Shown here: positions 7,694 through 17,106 of the stretch, piece after piece
How positions within the stretch are numbered: the first letter of the stretch is position 1
How the letters are laid out: each line of letters opens with the position of its first letter
Assembly (NCBI GenBank): GCA_937924895.1
Contig: CALEYP010000003.1
Span: forward strand, 811-64,810
DNA: 64,000 bases
Direction of reading: 5' to 3'
Source of the DNA: an uncultured Alphaproteobacteria bacterium
Lineage (GTDB): Bacteria; Pseudomonadota; Alphaproteobacteria; Puniceispirillales; Puniceispirillaceae
The notes under the pieces: model-generated
Databases searched by the model: none
Told to the model about the DNA's origin: nothing
The model's input: the letters and a program-made list of their open reading frames with translations, nothing else
Translations under genes and position numbers: made by a program

Positions 7694-8872
7694 TTAGCTC
7701 GCCTTATCTAACATTTCCTTCGCAACCCATTTATGGAAGTGATGCGTTGGCGTATCCATCATAGATGAGAATTTACCTCCATCATAGAGTGGGGCGTGAC
7801 GGCCTTTTTGCATGCCTTCAACCACTTGGATATCTTCTTCAAACACTTTTTTCCACATGGCCGTGTTCACAGCGCGCATATCATCATAGGCTGCTTGTGC
7901 AACCTCGTCCGAGGCATAATATAGCTCAATCCGCTCAACGGTGCGTTCTGGTCCAGCAGGAGTTAGGATGATGGCAAAGGCGTGGTCTTTATGCACACCA
8001 AGCAACACATTCGGGAAAAGCGCGCAATATTCAGAACCAGTATCCCATTTTGCTGGTAGGTTTTCAAATGAGGGGAAGCTGCGGCCATCATCTGAAATTT
8101 GTGGGTTGTAGACAAGTGACCCTTGGCCAGAATAGACCGCATGGTCCAAAATATTATAGTGGTCTTGTAACCGCGAATAGCTGTTCAAATCAGGGTGAAT
8201 GAATGGCAAATGATACGCTTCACAATAATTTTCAACGCCCAACTTCCAGTTGCATGCCAAATCAAGGGTAAAGCCGCTATCAGACCCTCCTGTATAGACA
8301 GGTTGTTCAAAATCTGCACAGCGTGCCAGTAAATCGCCTGCATACTCTTCAAACTCGGCTGTCTCTTCATCTAGGGTGACATATACGACATCGCGCCATA
8401 CATAAGACCGCACTTTATTCAGCGGCAAATCATCCATCGGCACAGACTCATGGCTGTGAATGTCAGGACCGCCAGCATGTGGTGTTGCCTTCAGGAAGCC
8501 ATCAAGATCATAGGCCCAAGCGTGATACGGGCAGGTGATAGGCCCCTTCAGACGTTGTGGCTCCTCGACAAGCTTCATGCCACGGTGACGGCAAACATTC
8601 TGAAAGACATTCACATCGCCTTGTTTGTTGCGTGCTATCAAAAGGGGGACATCCATGAAATCAACAGGCATCACATAGCCGGCATCTGGCACATCTTTGC
8701 CAAACCCAATCGCAAACCAGTTCTTCGCAAACACGCTATCACGCTCTGCCTTGTAATAGGCGCTATCAACATAAGCATCATTCGGCAGGCCACGCGCGTC
8801 ATCAATCGGTTGCAAAACGCGTGTTAAATCGTCCTGAAGGCGCTGGTGAGCTGAAAGATGTGACACTGTCAT
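7694..8872 (-). CDS. Rieske [2Fe-2S] non-haem-iron oxygenase, alpha-subunit type
   Basis: Rieske motif CRHRG...CPYHAW and catalytic-domain His pair EAYHLPFIHP. AAGGAGAG SD before ATG 8872. Confidence 0.8.
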   Translation of the reverse strand: MTVSHLSAHQRLQDDLTRVLQPIDDARGLPNDAYVDSAYYKAERDSVFAKNWFAIGFGKDVPDAGYVMPVDFMDVPLLIARNKQGDVNVFQNVCRHRGMKLVEEPQRLKGPITCPYHAWAYDLDGFLKATPHAGGPDIHSHESVPMDDLPLNKVRSYVWRDVVYVTLDEETAEFEEYAGDLLARCADFEQPVYTGGSDSGFTLDLACNWKLGVENYCEAYHLPFIHPDLNSYSRLQDHYNILDHAVYSGQGSLVYNPQISDDGRSFPSFENLPAKWDTGSEYCALFPNVLLGVHKDHAFAIILTPAGPERTVERIELYYASDEVAQAAYDDMRAVNTAMWKKVFEEDIQVVEGMQKGRHAPLYDGGKFSSMMDTPTHHFHKWVAKEMLDKAS

Positions 8873-8987
8873 GGAACTCTCCTTAGTGATTGCTTTTTGC
8901 AAAGACATTGCTATCTCTTTCACATCGGCTAGTTTTCTAGCGCTGTCTAGCGTATTTTCGTCTTATCAGTCGATTTTGGATAGATTT

Positions 8988-10388
8988 ATGTCACATCTGT
9001 TTACCGATCTTCATGCGAGCCTGGGCTCTTCTTTTTTCGTGCCAGTCTCCGCAGCTAAACCACCTCAAGCCATCTTGCGTTACCGCAATCAAGAAGCGGC
9101 TCAATCAATCGGGTTGGATAAGCTGTCAGATGAGGCGTGGCTGTCGCATTTTGCCTATTTTACTCCCTTTGAAGGTTCATTGCCTCAGCCCTTAGCGCTA
9201 GCTTATCATGGGCATCAATTTGGCGTTTATAACCCTGATATTGGGGACGGGCGTGGCTTCCTCTTTGCGCAAATCAAACAATCTGGCACCGGGCGGCTTT
9301 TGGATTTTGGTACAAAAGGGACAGGTCAAACGCCTTTTTCTCGTCAAGGAGATGGCCGGCTTACCTTAAAGGGCGCTGTCCGAGAAATATTGGCGACTGA
9401 ACTATTGCAGTCATTGGGTGTGCCGACATCCAAGACCTTATCTGTTGTTGAGACGGGGGAGGCACTATCTCGTCATGATGAACCGTCACCTGCGCGCTCT
9501 GCCTATCTTGTACGCTTGTCGGAAAGTCATATTCGTATTGGTAGCTTTCAGCGGCTTCATTATTTGAAACAAGGCGCAGAGAAAGAACAATTGCTCCGCT
9601 ATGTTGTGCGGCAATATTATCCTGCGGAGCTCTATCCCATGATAGATCCAGACGCCTCATTAACGGAGTTGGTGCCTGCGTTCCTGTCTGCCTTTGCACG
9701 CCGCGTTGCCCATATGACAGCGGGCTGGATGGCGGCTGGCTTTGTGCATGGTGTTTTAAATACGGATAATTTTAATCTCACAGGCGAATCATTCGATTAT
9801 GGACCCTGGCGGTTCTTACCACATCTCTCCCCGTCCTTTACTGCGGCCTATTTCGACCAGCAGGGGCGCTATGCCTATGGCCGGCAACCTGATGCCGCGC
9901 TATGGGCGTTATGCCGATTCGCAGATTGCTTTATTGAAGAGGTGCCTCAAGACGCGTTGGAGCAAGCTCTCTCAGGGTTTTTCGCAGAGATGGAAACAAA
10001 AATGGTGCGTTTGCTGTTGCAAAGATTGGGCATAGACGCCTCTGATGGTGTGCCTATTATGAATACCTTCCTCAAAGCCAAACGAGAATCAGGCGTCTCT
10101 TTTGATGCGGCGTGTTTTGACTTATACGGTCAGCTATCAGCGCCAAAAGAGATCTATGAGGGGGATGTCTTTGTGCCTTATTTTGCCGCTCTTGCTGCGG
10201 GTGGTGCGCAAGCCAAACCTCGCACACATGCCTATTTCAATGCTGATGAGCCAAGCGCGAGCCTAGTGATAGACGAGGTGGAGCGAGTCTGGGAGCGCAT
10301 TGCCTCTCATGATGATTTCTCTGCCCTCACCCAAAAATGTGCCGATATCCGCGCTTATGGTGTCGCTTTGGGGCACAGAAATACTTAG
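8988..10388 (+). CDS. selO: Protein adenylyltransferase SelO (YdiU family)
   Basis: AYHGHQFGVYNPDIGDGRGFLF, GTKGTGQTPFSR and HGVLNTDNFNL motifs typical of SelO. First in-frame ATG is at 8988. Confidence 0.85.
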   Translation: MSHLFTDLHASLGSSFFVPVSAAKPPQAILRYRNQEAAQSIGLDKLSDEAWLSHFAYFTPFEGSLPQPLALAYHGHQFGVYNPDIGDGRGFLFAQIKQSGTGRLLDFGTKGTGQTPFSRQGDGRLTLKGAVREILATELLQSLGVPTSKTLSVVETGEALSRHDEPSPARSAYLVRLSESHIRIGSFQRLHYLKQGAEKEQLLRYVVRQYYPAELYPMIDPDASLTELVPAFLSAFARRVAHMTAGWMAAGFVHGVLNTDNFNLTGESFDYGPWRFLPHLSPSFTAAYFDQQGRYAYGRQPDAALWALCRFADCFIEEVPQDALEQALSGFFAEMETKMVRLLLQRLGIDASDGVPIMNTFLKAKRESGVSFDAACFDLYGQLSAPKEIYEGDVFVPYFAALAAGGAQAKPRTHAYFNADEPSASLVIDEVERVWERIASHDDFSALTQKCADIRAYGVALGHRNT

Positions 10389-10843
10389 ATATCCTCAGCA
10401 TTTAGGCCGCGATTCAGCACGGTGCGCATCACAAAATTCGATTCCATCCGCAATACATGCGGCAGGCTAGAGAGGTATTCTGTGTGAATGCGACCAAAAT
10501 CACCAACAGACTGGGCGGCAATCCGCAGCAAATAATCATTCTCACCCGCGACAAGGAAACAGGCTAAAACCTGCGGCACTTCTTGGATTGCAGCTTCAAA
10601 TTCAGCCATCATCTCAGCTGATTGCCCATGCAGGGTAATATGCACCAGAACCACAACCGAATGACCAAGCTTGTCTAGGCTAAGGCTGGCATGATACCCT
10701 TCAATTGTGCCTGCTTTTTCCAACAGGGCAACACGGCGCAAACAGGCAGAGGGCGATAACCCCACCTCTGCGGCTAAATCAATATTAGACATGCGGGCAT
10801 TTTCCTGCAGATGAGATAGAATCATCTTGTCAATTTTGTCCAT
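10385..10843 (-). CDS. Lrp/AsnC-family transcriptional regulator
   Basis: N-terminal HTH (MDKIDKMILSHLQENARMSNIDLAAEVGLSPSACLRRV) plus AsnC-type effector domain. Divergent from ald, the classic arrangement. Confidence 0.85.
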   Translation of the reverse strand: MDKIDKMILSHLQENARMSNIDLAAEVGLSPSACLRRVALLEKAGTIEGYHASLSLDKLGHSVVVLVHITLHGQSAEMMAEFEAAIQEVPQVLACFLVAGENDYLLRIAAQSVGDFGRIHTEYLSSLPHVLRMESNFVMRTVLNRGLNAEDI

Positions 10844-10896
10844 AGTCCCTCCAAATGATGTTCATGACACCGTGTATTATTCATCATTAATTAATA

Positions 10897-10908
10897 ATAT
10901 TCGAATAT
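10897..10908. promoter_or_regulatory. Candidate Lrp/AsnC operator (perfect 12-bp palindrome ATATTC|GAATAT)
   Basis: Perfect palindrome in the AT-rich lrp-ald divergent intergenic region. Confidence 0.3.
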
Positions 10909-11046
10909 ATCATCACAATTAATAATTATATCCAAATAAAAAACGAATTACCGCTGTCATAGAGGTGAAAAACGCAATCACATTTTTTGTGGTTTGCGCT
11001 AGCGTACTGTCATGATTTCCACCTAGTCACAAGAGGGAGTGCGACG

Positions 11047-12141
11047 ATGATTATCGGTGTACCAAAAGAGATTAAAGTTAAAGAAGCCAGAGTCGGTCTT
11101 GTGCCGTCATCTGTGTCTGAGCTAACACGCCGGGGGCATGAGGTCCTTGTGCAAACAGGCGCTGGTCAGGGTATCGGTGCATCTGATGCTGATTATGAAG
11201 CAGCTGGCGCAAAGATTCTGCCAGATGCTGAATCAGTCTTCAGCCAAGCCAAGATGATCGTGAAGGTGAAAGAACCACAGCCTTCTGAATGGGTTCAGCT
11301 TCGCCCTGATCACATCCTATTCACCTATTTGCACCTCGCAGCTGATGCGGCGCAAACACGTGGCTTGATGGATTCTGGCTGTACAGCAATTGCTTATGAG
11401 ACCATCACTGATGCGTCTGGCGGTTTGCCTTTGCTAGCGCCAATGTCAGAAGTTGCTGGTCGTTTGTCAGTTATTGAAGGTGCCGCTCATTTGAAAGCAA
11501 ATGCTGGTGGACGCGGTATGCTCATCTCAGGTGTGCCTGGTACTGAGCCAGCTGAAGTTGTCATCATTGGTGGCGGTGTCGTTGGTGTGAATGCTGCGAA
11601 GATGGCCGTTGGTATGGGCGCTCGTGTGACTATCCTTGATAAGTCACTGCCTCGCTTGCGTTATTTGTCAGATATCTTTGGCGCATCTGTGACAACACGC
11701 TACTCAAGTGCTGATGTGCTTGATAACTGCGTGAGAAAAGCGGACATGGTAGTGGGTGCTGTCCTTATCCCTGGTGCAAGCGCGCCACGTTTGGTCAGCA
11801 AAGCGATGCTATCAGAAATGAAGCAAGGGGCTGTTTTGGTTGACGTTGCGATTGACCAAGGTGGTTGCTTTGAGACATCAAAGGCGACAACACATGATGA
11901 GCCAACCTATATCGTAGATGGTATCGTTCATTATTGTGTGGCTAATATGCCTGGTTCAGTGCCACGCACATCATCAGAAGCGCTCAATAATGCCACATTG
12001 CCATTCACACTAGCGCTCGCAGAGAAGGGTGTGGCGGCGCTTGATGATGACCCACATCTTGCGAACGGCCTGAATGTGAAAGATGGCGAGATTCGTTACC
12101 AAGCTGTGATTGACGCTTTGGGCGAAAACCCGCAAGCCTAA
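11047..12141 (+). CDS. ald: Alanine dehydrogenase
   Basis: MIIGVPKEIKVKEARVGL N-terminus, Rossmann GGGVVGVNAA, full-length similarity pattern. GAGGGAG SD before ATG 11047. Confidence 0.9.
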   Translation: MIIGVPKEIKVKEARVGLVPSSVSELTRRGHEVLVQTGAGQGIGASDADYEAAGAKILPDAESVFSQAKMIVKVKEPQPSEWVQLRPDHILFTYLHLAADAAQTRGLMDSGCTAIAYETITDASGGLPLLAPMSEVAGRLSVIEGAAHLKANAGGRGMLISGVPGTEPAEVVIIGGGVVGVNAAKMAVGMGARVTILDKSLPRLRYLSDIFGASVTTRYSSADVLDNCVRKADMVVGAVLIPGASAPRLVSKAMLSEMKQGAVLVDVAIDQGGCFETSKATTHDEPTYIVDGIVHYCVANMPGSVPRTSSEALNNATLPFTLALAEKGVAALDDDPHLANGLNVKDGEIRYQAVIDALGENPQA

Positions 12142-12202
12142 CCGGCTATTATGAGCGGCCTGTGGGCAGTGAAATCTGATCATAGGCCGCATCAGCCCAT
12201 AC

Positions 12203-12237
12203 AAGGATACAGAGACAATAATTTTTGTATCCTTTTT
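12203..12237 (+). terminator. Rho-independent terminator after ald
   Basis: AAGGATACA ... TGTATCCTT stem followed by a T run. Confidence 0.6.
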
Positions 12238-12248
12238 CGAAAAAACGC

Positions 12249-12276
12249 TTGACCTTAGGGTGCTGATAGATAATAA
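12249..12276 (+). promoter_or_regulatory. Candidate sigma-70 promoter for tRNA-Ala (and possibly rpmF)
   Basis: TTGACC-N16-TAATAA, about 43 nt upstream of the mature tRNA 5' end. Confidence 0.4.
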
Positions 12277-12319
12277 ACACCGACATCCGAAGTCATGTGG
12301 CTTTTGATACATAGGTCGT

Positions 12320-12395
12320 GGGGCCATAGCTCAGCTGGGAGAGCGCGTGCTTTGCAAGCATGAGGTCGTCGGTTCGATCCCGTCTGGCTCCACCA
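12320..12395 (+). tRNA. tRNA-Ala (anticodon TGC)
   Basis: Cloverleaf GGGGCCA...TGGCTCC-A-CCA with the G3:U70 alanine identity pair. Anticodon loop CTTTGCAAG, T-loop GGTTCGATCC, encoded CCA. Confidence 0.95.
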
Positions 12396-12457
12396 ACCTA
12401 TCCCTGACACAGGGTGTGTTAGCCCACAATCTGGCAAAAGAATTATAGGAGCTCGGC

Positions 12458-12643
12458 ATGGCCGTTCCAAAGAGTAAAGTGACAAAGTCTAAGCGCGACA
12501 TGCGCCGCGCCCACGACGCAATCCGCAGCGACGCTTATATCGAAGATAAAGATACAGGTGAATTGCGCCGCCCACATCATATCGATCTTAAGACTGGTAT
12601 GTATAAAGGCCGCCAAGTGCTAAAGGTAAAAGACGCTATCTAA
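12458..12643 (+). CDS. rpmF: 50S ribosomal protein L32
   Basis: [20 protein letters not shown]-terminus, diagnostic of bL32. Confidence 0.9.
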   Translation: MAVPKSKVTKSKRDMRRAHDAIRSDAYIEDKDTGELRRPHHIDLKTGMYKGRQVLKVKDAI

Positions 12644-12676
12644 TAGCCCTAAACCGGATTGAATGTATTAGTGAAA

Positions 12677-12707
12677 GCGTGGAGGGTCTCCTTCGCGCTT
12701 TTCTTTT
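12677..12707 (+). terminator. Probable rho-independent terminator after rpmF
   Basis: GCGTGGAG-ggt-CTCCTTCGC imperfect stem followed by GCTTTTCTTTT. Confidence 0.5.
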
Positions 12708-12716
12708 GAGGTCAGT

Positions 12717-13061
12717 ATGAGCAACGAAACAGACATCATAAAAGCACCCCTATATTGCATAGGCGATATTGTGCGTCACAAGCATTACCCTTTTAGAGGG
12801 GTCATTGTGGATGTCGATCCTGAATTTGATAATACAGAAGAATGGTATAGCGCGATTCCTGAAGATGTGCGCCCTGCCAAAGAGCAGCCCTTTTATCATT
12901 TGCTCGCTGAGAATTCAGATAGTTTTTACACCGCCTATGTCAGTCAGCAAAATCTAACGCCAGATGCTGATAATGGCCCAGTGAGCCACCCTGATGTGGA
13001 AGAAGTCTTCGAAGATTTGCAAGATAACCGCTATCAGCTGCGCCGTGAGGCATTCAACTAA
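12717..13061 (+). CDS. hspQ: Heat-shock protein HspQ / hemimethylated-DNA-binding (YccV-like) protein
   Basis: IGDIVRHKHYPFRGVIVDVDPEF ... PFYHLLAEN pattern matches the HspQ family. Confidence 0.75.
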   Translation: MSNETDIIKAPLYCIGDIVRHKHYPFRGVIVDVDPEFDNTEEWYSAIPEDVRPAKEQPFYHLLAENSDSFYTAYVSQQNLTPDADNGPVSHPDVEEVFEDLQDNRYQLRREAFN

Positions 13062-13142
13062 TATTTTTTCGGTATATTTTGCTGATTTTTAGGCCTAAAG
13101 GTCTTGAAATTCTCCAGTCTGACAGTATGTTACAGCTATACT

Positions 13143-13157
13143 AGACTAAATTAGTCT
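13143..13157. promoter_or_regulatory. Candidate Rrf2/IscR-type operator (AGACTAA-A-TTAGTCT palindrome)
   Basis: Perfect 7-1-7 palindrome just downstream of a candidate TTGAAA-N16-TATGTT promoter (13104-13131), upstream of the Rrf2-suf operon. Confidence 0.35.
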
Positions 13158-13242
13158 GATTTTGAAACTCATTCGCAATAATGCAAACCATTCGCAACAG
13201 GCTTACCGTAAGGTGAGCCGTGCTTCACGGTAGGATAGTAAC

Positions 13243-13728
13243 GTGCTTCGACTCAATCGTATGACAGATTATGCGATGATCATGCTGACCGCTTTGGCCA
13301 TGCGTGACGAGGCGTTAGTGCCAAGCGCTATCTTGGCGCAGCAAACCCAGCTCAATCAAACAACGATCGCCAAAATTGGCAAAGCCTTGGTGCAAGCGGG
13401 TGTTATCGTCGCCGAACGTGGTGTGAATGGTGGCTATCGTCTGGCGCGTCCAGCGAGCGAGATTACGGCTACTCAGGTGATTGAAGCGTTAGAAGGGCCA
13501 ATTGCTCTCACAGCATGTGTCGATGGCGCAGAAGAGCCCTGTGCCACGCAAGATGGCTGTTTCCTGTCCGGTCATTGGAATCAGGTAAATGGTGCCATTA
13601 GAGGGGCATTGGATGAGGTGACTTTAAGGTCACTTGTATCCTCGGCCAATATGATTTTTTCACAAGCGGGGCCGGCGTCCCAAGCCTCTTTTCAAGAGGT
13701 CCCACTACAATCAAAGAAGGTGAACTGA
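13243..13728 (+). CDS. Rrf2-family Fe-S-responsive transcriptional regulator (IscR/SufR-like)
   Basis: [15 protein letters not shown] winged-helix N-terminus. Three-Cys cluster [15 protein letters not shown]. First gene of the suf operon. GTG start. Confidence 0.8.
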   Translation: MLRLNRMTDYAMIMLTALAMRDEALVPSAILAQQTQLNQTTIAKIGKALVQAGVIVAERGVNGGYRLARPASEITATQVIEALEGPIALTACVDGAEEPCATQDGCFLSGHWNQVNGAIRGALDEVTLRSLVSSANMIFSQAGPASQASFQEVPLQSKKVN

Positions 13729-13730
13729 CA

Positions 13731-15182
13731 ATGGCAGCAACGCAAGAAACCATTGCCGCAGTCGAAGAAGCAACAGGCCAATATAAATATGGGTTTGTGA
13801 CCGATATTGAGGTTGAAAAGGCGCCCAAAGGGCTGAATGAAGATATTATCCGTTTTATCTCAGCCAAAAAGGATGAGCCTGACTGGTTGTTAGAATGGCG
13901 TCTAAAAGCCTATCAAAAATGGCTGACCATGGACTCGCCAGATTGGGCAAAATTAGACATTCCTGAGATTGATTATCAGGATATCCATTATTATGCCGCC
14001 CCAAAGACAGCTGAGGGGCCGAAGTCATTGGATGAGGTCGACCCCGAATTATTGGCAACTTATGAAAAGCTAGGCATCCCGCTCAATGAGCAAAAAATGC
14101 TCGCTGGTGTAGCGGTTGATGCAGTGTTTGATTCAGTGTCAGTTGCCACAACATTCCGCGAGGAATTGGCAAAGGCAGGGGTTGTTTTCTGCCCTATCTC
14201 AGAGGCGGTTCACAGCCATCCTGAGTTGGTCAAAAAATACCTTGGCTCTGTTGTGCCGGTGGCCGATAATTATTTCTCAGCGCTGAACTCAGCCGTCTTT
14301 ACAGATGGCTCGTTCGTCTTCATTCCAAAGGGTGTGCGTTGCCCCATGGAATTATCAACATACTTCCGGATTAATGAGAAAAATACCGGTCAGTTTGAGC
14401 GGACTTTGATCATTGCTGAGGACCAGTCCTATGTATCCTATCTAGAAGGATGCACAGCCCCGCAAAGAGATGAAAATCAACTTCATGCCGCTGTTGTAGA
14501 ATTGGTGGCGCTTGAGGACGCAGAGATCAAATATTCAACTGTTCAGAATTGGTATCCAGGTGACGCCGAAGGCAAGGGCGGGATTTACAATTTTGTGACA
14601 AAGCGAGGGGCCTGTCGTGGTGACCGTGCCAAGATTTCTTGGACGCAGGTTGAAACAGGCTCAGCTGTGACATGGAAATACCCCTCATGTATTTTGCAAG
14701 GCAAAGACTCGGTTGGTGAATTCTATTCAGTGGCTGTGACAAATGGCGCGCAACAAGCCGATACAGGCACAAAGATGATCCATCTAGGTGAAGGTAGCCG
14801 GTCTACCATCATCTCAAAGGGGATTTCTGCTGGTAAATCGAACAATACCTATCGTGGTTTGGTACAGGTGATGCCAAAGGCTGAAAATGCCCGTAACTTT
14901 ACGCAATGTGACAGCTTACTTGTCGGCGATAAATGTGGGGCTCATACCGTGCCTTACATCGTGTCTCGCAACCCGTCTGGGAAGGTGGAACATGAAGCGA
15001 CCACATCTCGTATTTCAGAAGATCAGCTTTTTTATTGTCATCAGCGTGGGCTCGATGAAGAAGAGGCGGTCTCGTTAATTGTGAATGGCTTCTGCCGTGA
15101 GGTGATGAAAGAATTACCAATGGAATTTGCCGTTGAAGCCCAGAAACTCATTGCTATTAGCCTCGAAGGCTCTGTTGGATAA
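13731..15182 (+). CDS. sufB: Fe-S cluster assembly scaffold SufB
   Basis: Full-length SufB pattern (e.g. [26 protein letters not shown]). Confidence 0.95.
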   Translation: MAATQETIAAVEEATGQYKYGFVTDIEVEKAPKGLNEDIIRFISAKKDEPDWLLEWRLKAYQKWLTMDSPDWAKLDIPEIDYQDIHYYAAPKTAEGPKSLDEVDPELLATYEKLGIPLNEQKMLAGVAVDAVFDSVSVATTFREELAKAGVVFCPISEAVHSHPELVKKYLGSVVPVADNYFSALNSAVFTDGSFVFIPKGVRCPMELSTYFRINEKNTGQFERTLIIAEDQSYVSYLEGCTAPQRDENQLHAAVVELVALEDAEIKYSTVQNWYPGDAEGKGGIYNFVTKRGACRGDRAKISWTQVETGSAVTWKYPSCILQGKDSVGEFYSVAVTNGAQQADTGTKMIHLGEGSRSTIISKGISAGKSNNTYRGLVQVMPKAENARNFTQCDSLLVGDKCGAHTVPYIVSRNPSGKVEHEATTSRISEDQLFYCHQRGLDEEEAVSLIVNGFCREVMKELPMEFAVEAQKLIAISLEGSVG

Positions 15183-15193
15183 GGAATAAATTT

Positions 15194-15949
15194 ATGACAT
15201 TGCTGGAAATCAAAGATTTACACGCAAAAATTGGTGATACTGAAATTTTGCACGGCATTAACCTCACCATTAATCGCGGTGAAGTGCATGCCATTATGGG
15301 GCCAAATGGGTCAGGAAAGAGCACGCTATCCTATGTATTATCTGGCCGTGAAGGCTATGAGGTCACAGGGGGCGACATTCTGCTAGATGGTGAATCTGTC
15401 CTGGAAATGGAAGCAGATGAGCGCGCCAGAGCTGGCATGTTTTTGGCCTTTCAATATCCTGTTGAATTGCCAGGTGTTGGTGGCATGACATTTTTGCGGG
15501 CAGCTGTGAATGCCCGCTTGCGTGAAGAGGGCAAGGATGAAGTTGACCAATTGGCCTTTGTGAAACTTGTGCGGGCCAAAGCCAAAGAATTAGGCGTCTC
15601 AGATGATATGCTCAAGCGCGCCGTTAATGTAGGCTTCTCAGGTGGTGAGAAGAAGCGTTATGAGATTTTGCAGATGGCATTGCTTGAACCATCCCTAGCT
15701 GTGCTTGATGAAACAGATTCTGGCCTTGATGTTGACGCGTTGCGGATTGTGTCTGAAGGGGTCAATGCGTTACGTGGCGACCAACGTGGTATGCTTGTAA
15801 TCACGCATTATCAGCGTCTCTTATCTCACATCGTGCCTGACTTTGTGCATATTTTGGCACATGGCAAAATCATCAAATCTGGTGATAAATCATTGGCATT
15901 AGAGGTCGAAGAAAATGGCTATGCGGGGTTGATTGATGCTGCCGAATAA
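15194..15949 (+). CDS. sufC: Fe-S cluster assembly ATPase SufC
   Basis: Walker A GPNGSGKST, FSGGEKKR, LAVLDETDSGLD. Confidence 0.95.
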   Translation: MTLLEIKDLHAKIGDTEILHGINLTINRGEVHAIMGPNGSGKSTLSYVLSGREGYEVTGGDILLDGESVLEMEADERARAGMFLAFQYPVELPGVGGMTFLRAAVNARLREEGKDEVDQLAFVKLVRAKAKELGVSDDMLKRAVNVGFSGGEKKRYEILQMALLEPSLAVLDETDSGLDVDALRIVSEGVNALRGDQRGMLVITHYQRLLSHIVPDFVHILAHGKIIKSGDKSLALEVEENGYAGLIDAAE

Positions 15950-17105
15950 TTTGCAACAAACAGCTGCGGTATTAGCGGCGCGCGATCAGTTCGCTGCCAC
16001 AGGATTGCCGGGTGCCAAATCTGAGCCTTGGATTTATACAAGGCTGCAAGAGGTTGTGGTTAATCCAGCGCAAAGCGCGCAAGCGGCCACTTCGCCGGAG
16101 GCAGGACTTATCCTGCACTTTGATAATGGCCTGTTAGTGTCTGGTGATGTGGCATGGCCAGCCGGCATGGCTATGCGGGTATTCACAGATGCAGATATGG
16201 CTGATTTTGCCGCCTATCTGCCAGAGGACCATCTGCTCGGCACCCTATCTGTGGGACATGTTACCTCAGCGATTGTGATTGAAGTCGAAGCAGGTGCACA
16301 GATAACAGAACTCCTCACGCTCCGCTTTACGGCCAATGTCGCAGATCAGTCAGCCCATCCTTTGATCTTTATCAAGCAAGGGGCAGGCTCCCAATGCCGT
16401 ATCGTTGAGCATCATGAAAGTCATGCGGCTTTATCAGCGCCACTTATCGTGATGGATATTGGCGCAGAGGCTGTGCTTGATCATGCCAAGATGCAAGCTG
16501 ATACAGATAGCACTAAACATCTGTCGCTGACCGTGATGGCTGTGGCCGAAAAAGCTGACATTAATAGCTTTACAACAGCGATTGGCGGTCAATTAGCACG
16601 CCATGAGACTCACATGCACCTCAATGGTGAGCATGCTGATGTCGCTTTGTCATCTATCTATATGGCACGTGGGACTCAGCATCAGGATATGACAACACGT
16701 ATGTTACATCAGGTACCAAACTGTACGTCCTCGCAGCTTATTCGCGGTGTGCTTGATGATACGGCAAAAGGTGTTTTCCAAGGGAAGGTTGTAGTCGCAC
16801 GCGATGCACAGAAAACCGATGGTCAACAAATGAGCCGCGCACTTCTGTTGTCACGTCAGGCAGAAGCGGATGCTAAGCCAGAGCTTGAAATTTATGCTGA
16901 TGACGTTGTCTGCTCTCATGGTGCGACTGTCGGTGAATTGGATGAAACGCATCTATTTTATTTAAAGAGCCGTGGCATCGAAGCTGATGAAGCGCGGATG
17001 ATGCTCATTGAGGCCTTCTTGCTTGATACGCTTGAGACTGTGCGTTTGGACGAGTTGCGGGCCTCATTGACCACAGCCATCCAACGCTGGATGACAGGGG
17101 TCTAA
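15936..17105 (+). CDS. sufD: Fe-S cluster assembly protein SufD
   Basis: Position after sufC, overlapping its stop. C-terminal SufD pattern (PELEIYADDVVCSHGATVGELDE). Confidence 0.85.
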   Translation: MLPNNLQQTAAVLAARDQFAATGLPGAKSEPWIYTRLQEVVVNPAQSAQAATSPEAGLILHFDNGLLVSGDVAWPAGMAMRVFTDADMADFAAYLPEDHLLGTLSVGHVTSAIVIEVEAGAQITELLTLRFTANVADQSAHPLIFIKQGAGSQCRIVEHHESHAALSAPLIVMDIGAEAVLDHAKMQADTDSTKHLSLTVMAVAEKADINSFTTAIGGQLARHETHMHLNGEHADVALSSIYMARGTQHQDMTTRMLHQVPNCTSSQLIRGVLDDTAKGVFQGKVVVARDAQKTDGQQMSRALLLSRQAEADAKPELEIYADDVVCSHGATVGELDETHLFYLKSRGIEADEARMMLIEAFLLDTLETVRLDELRASLTTAIQRWMTGV

Positions 17106-17106
17106 G

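Noticed and set aside
12255-12485. 76-aa minus-strand ORF spanning tRNA-Ala
   Set aside because: It is antisense to a canonical tRNA and to the rpmF start, so it is an artefact of an open frame.
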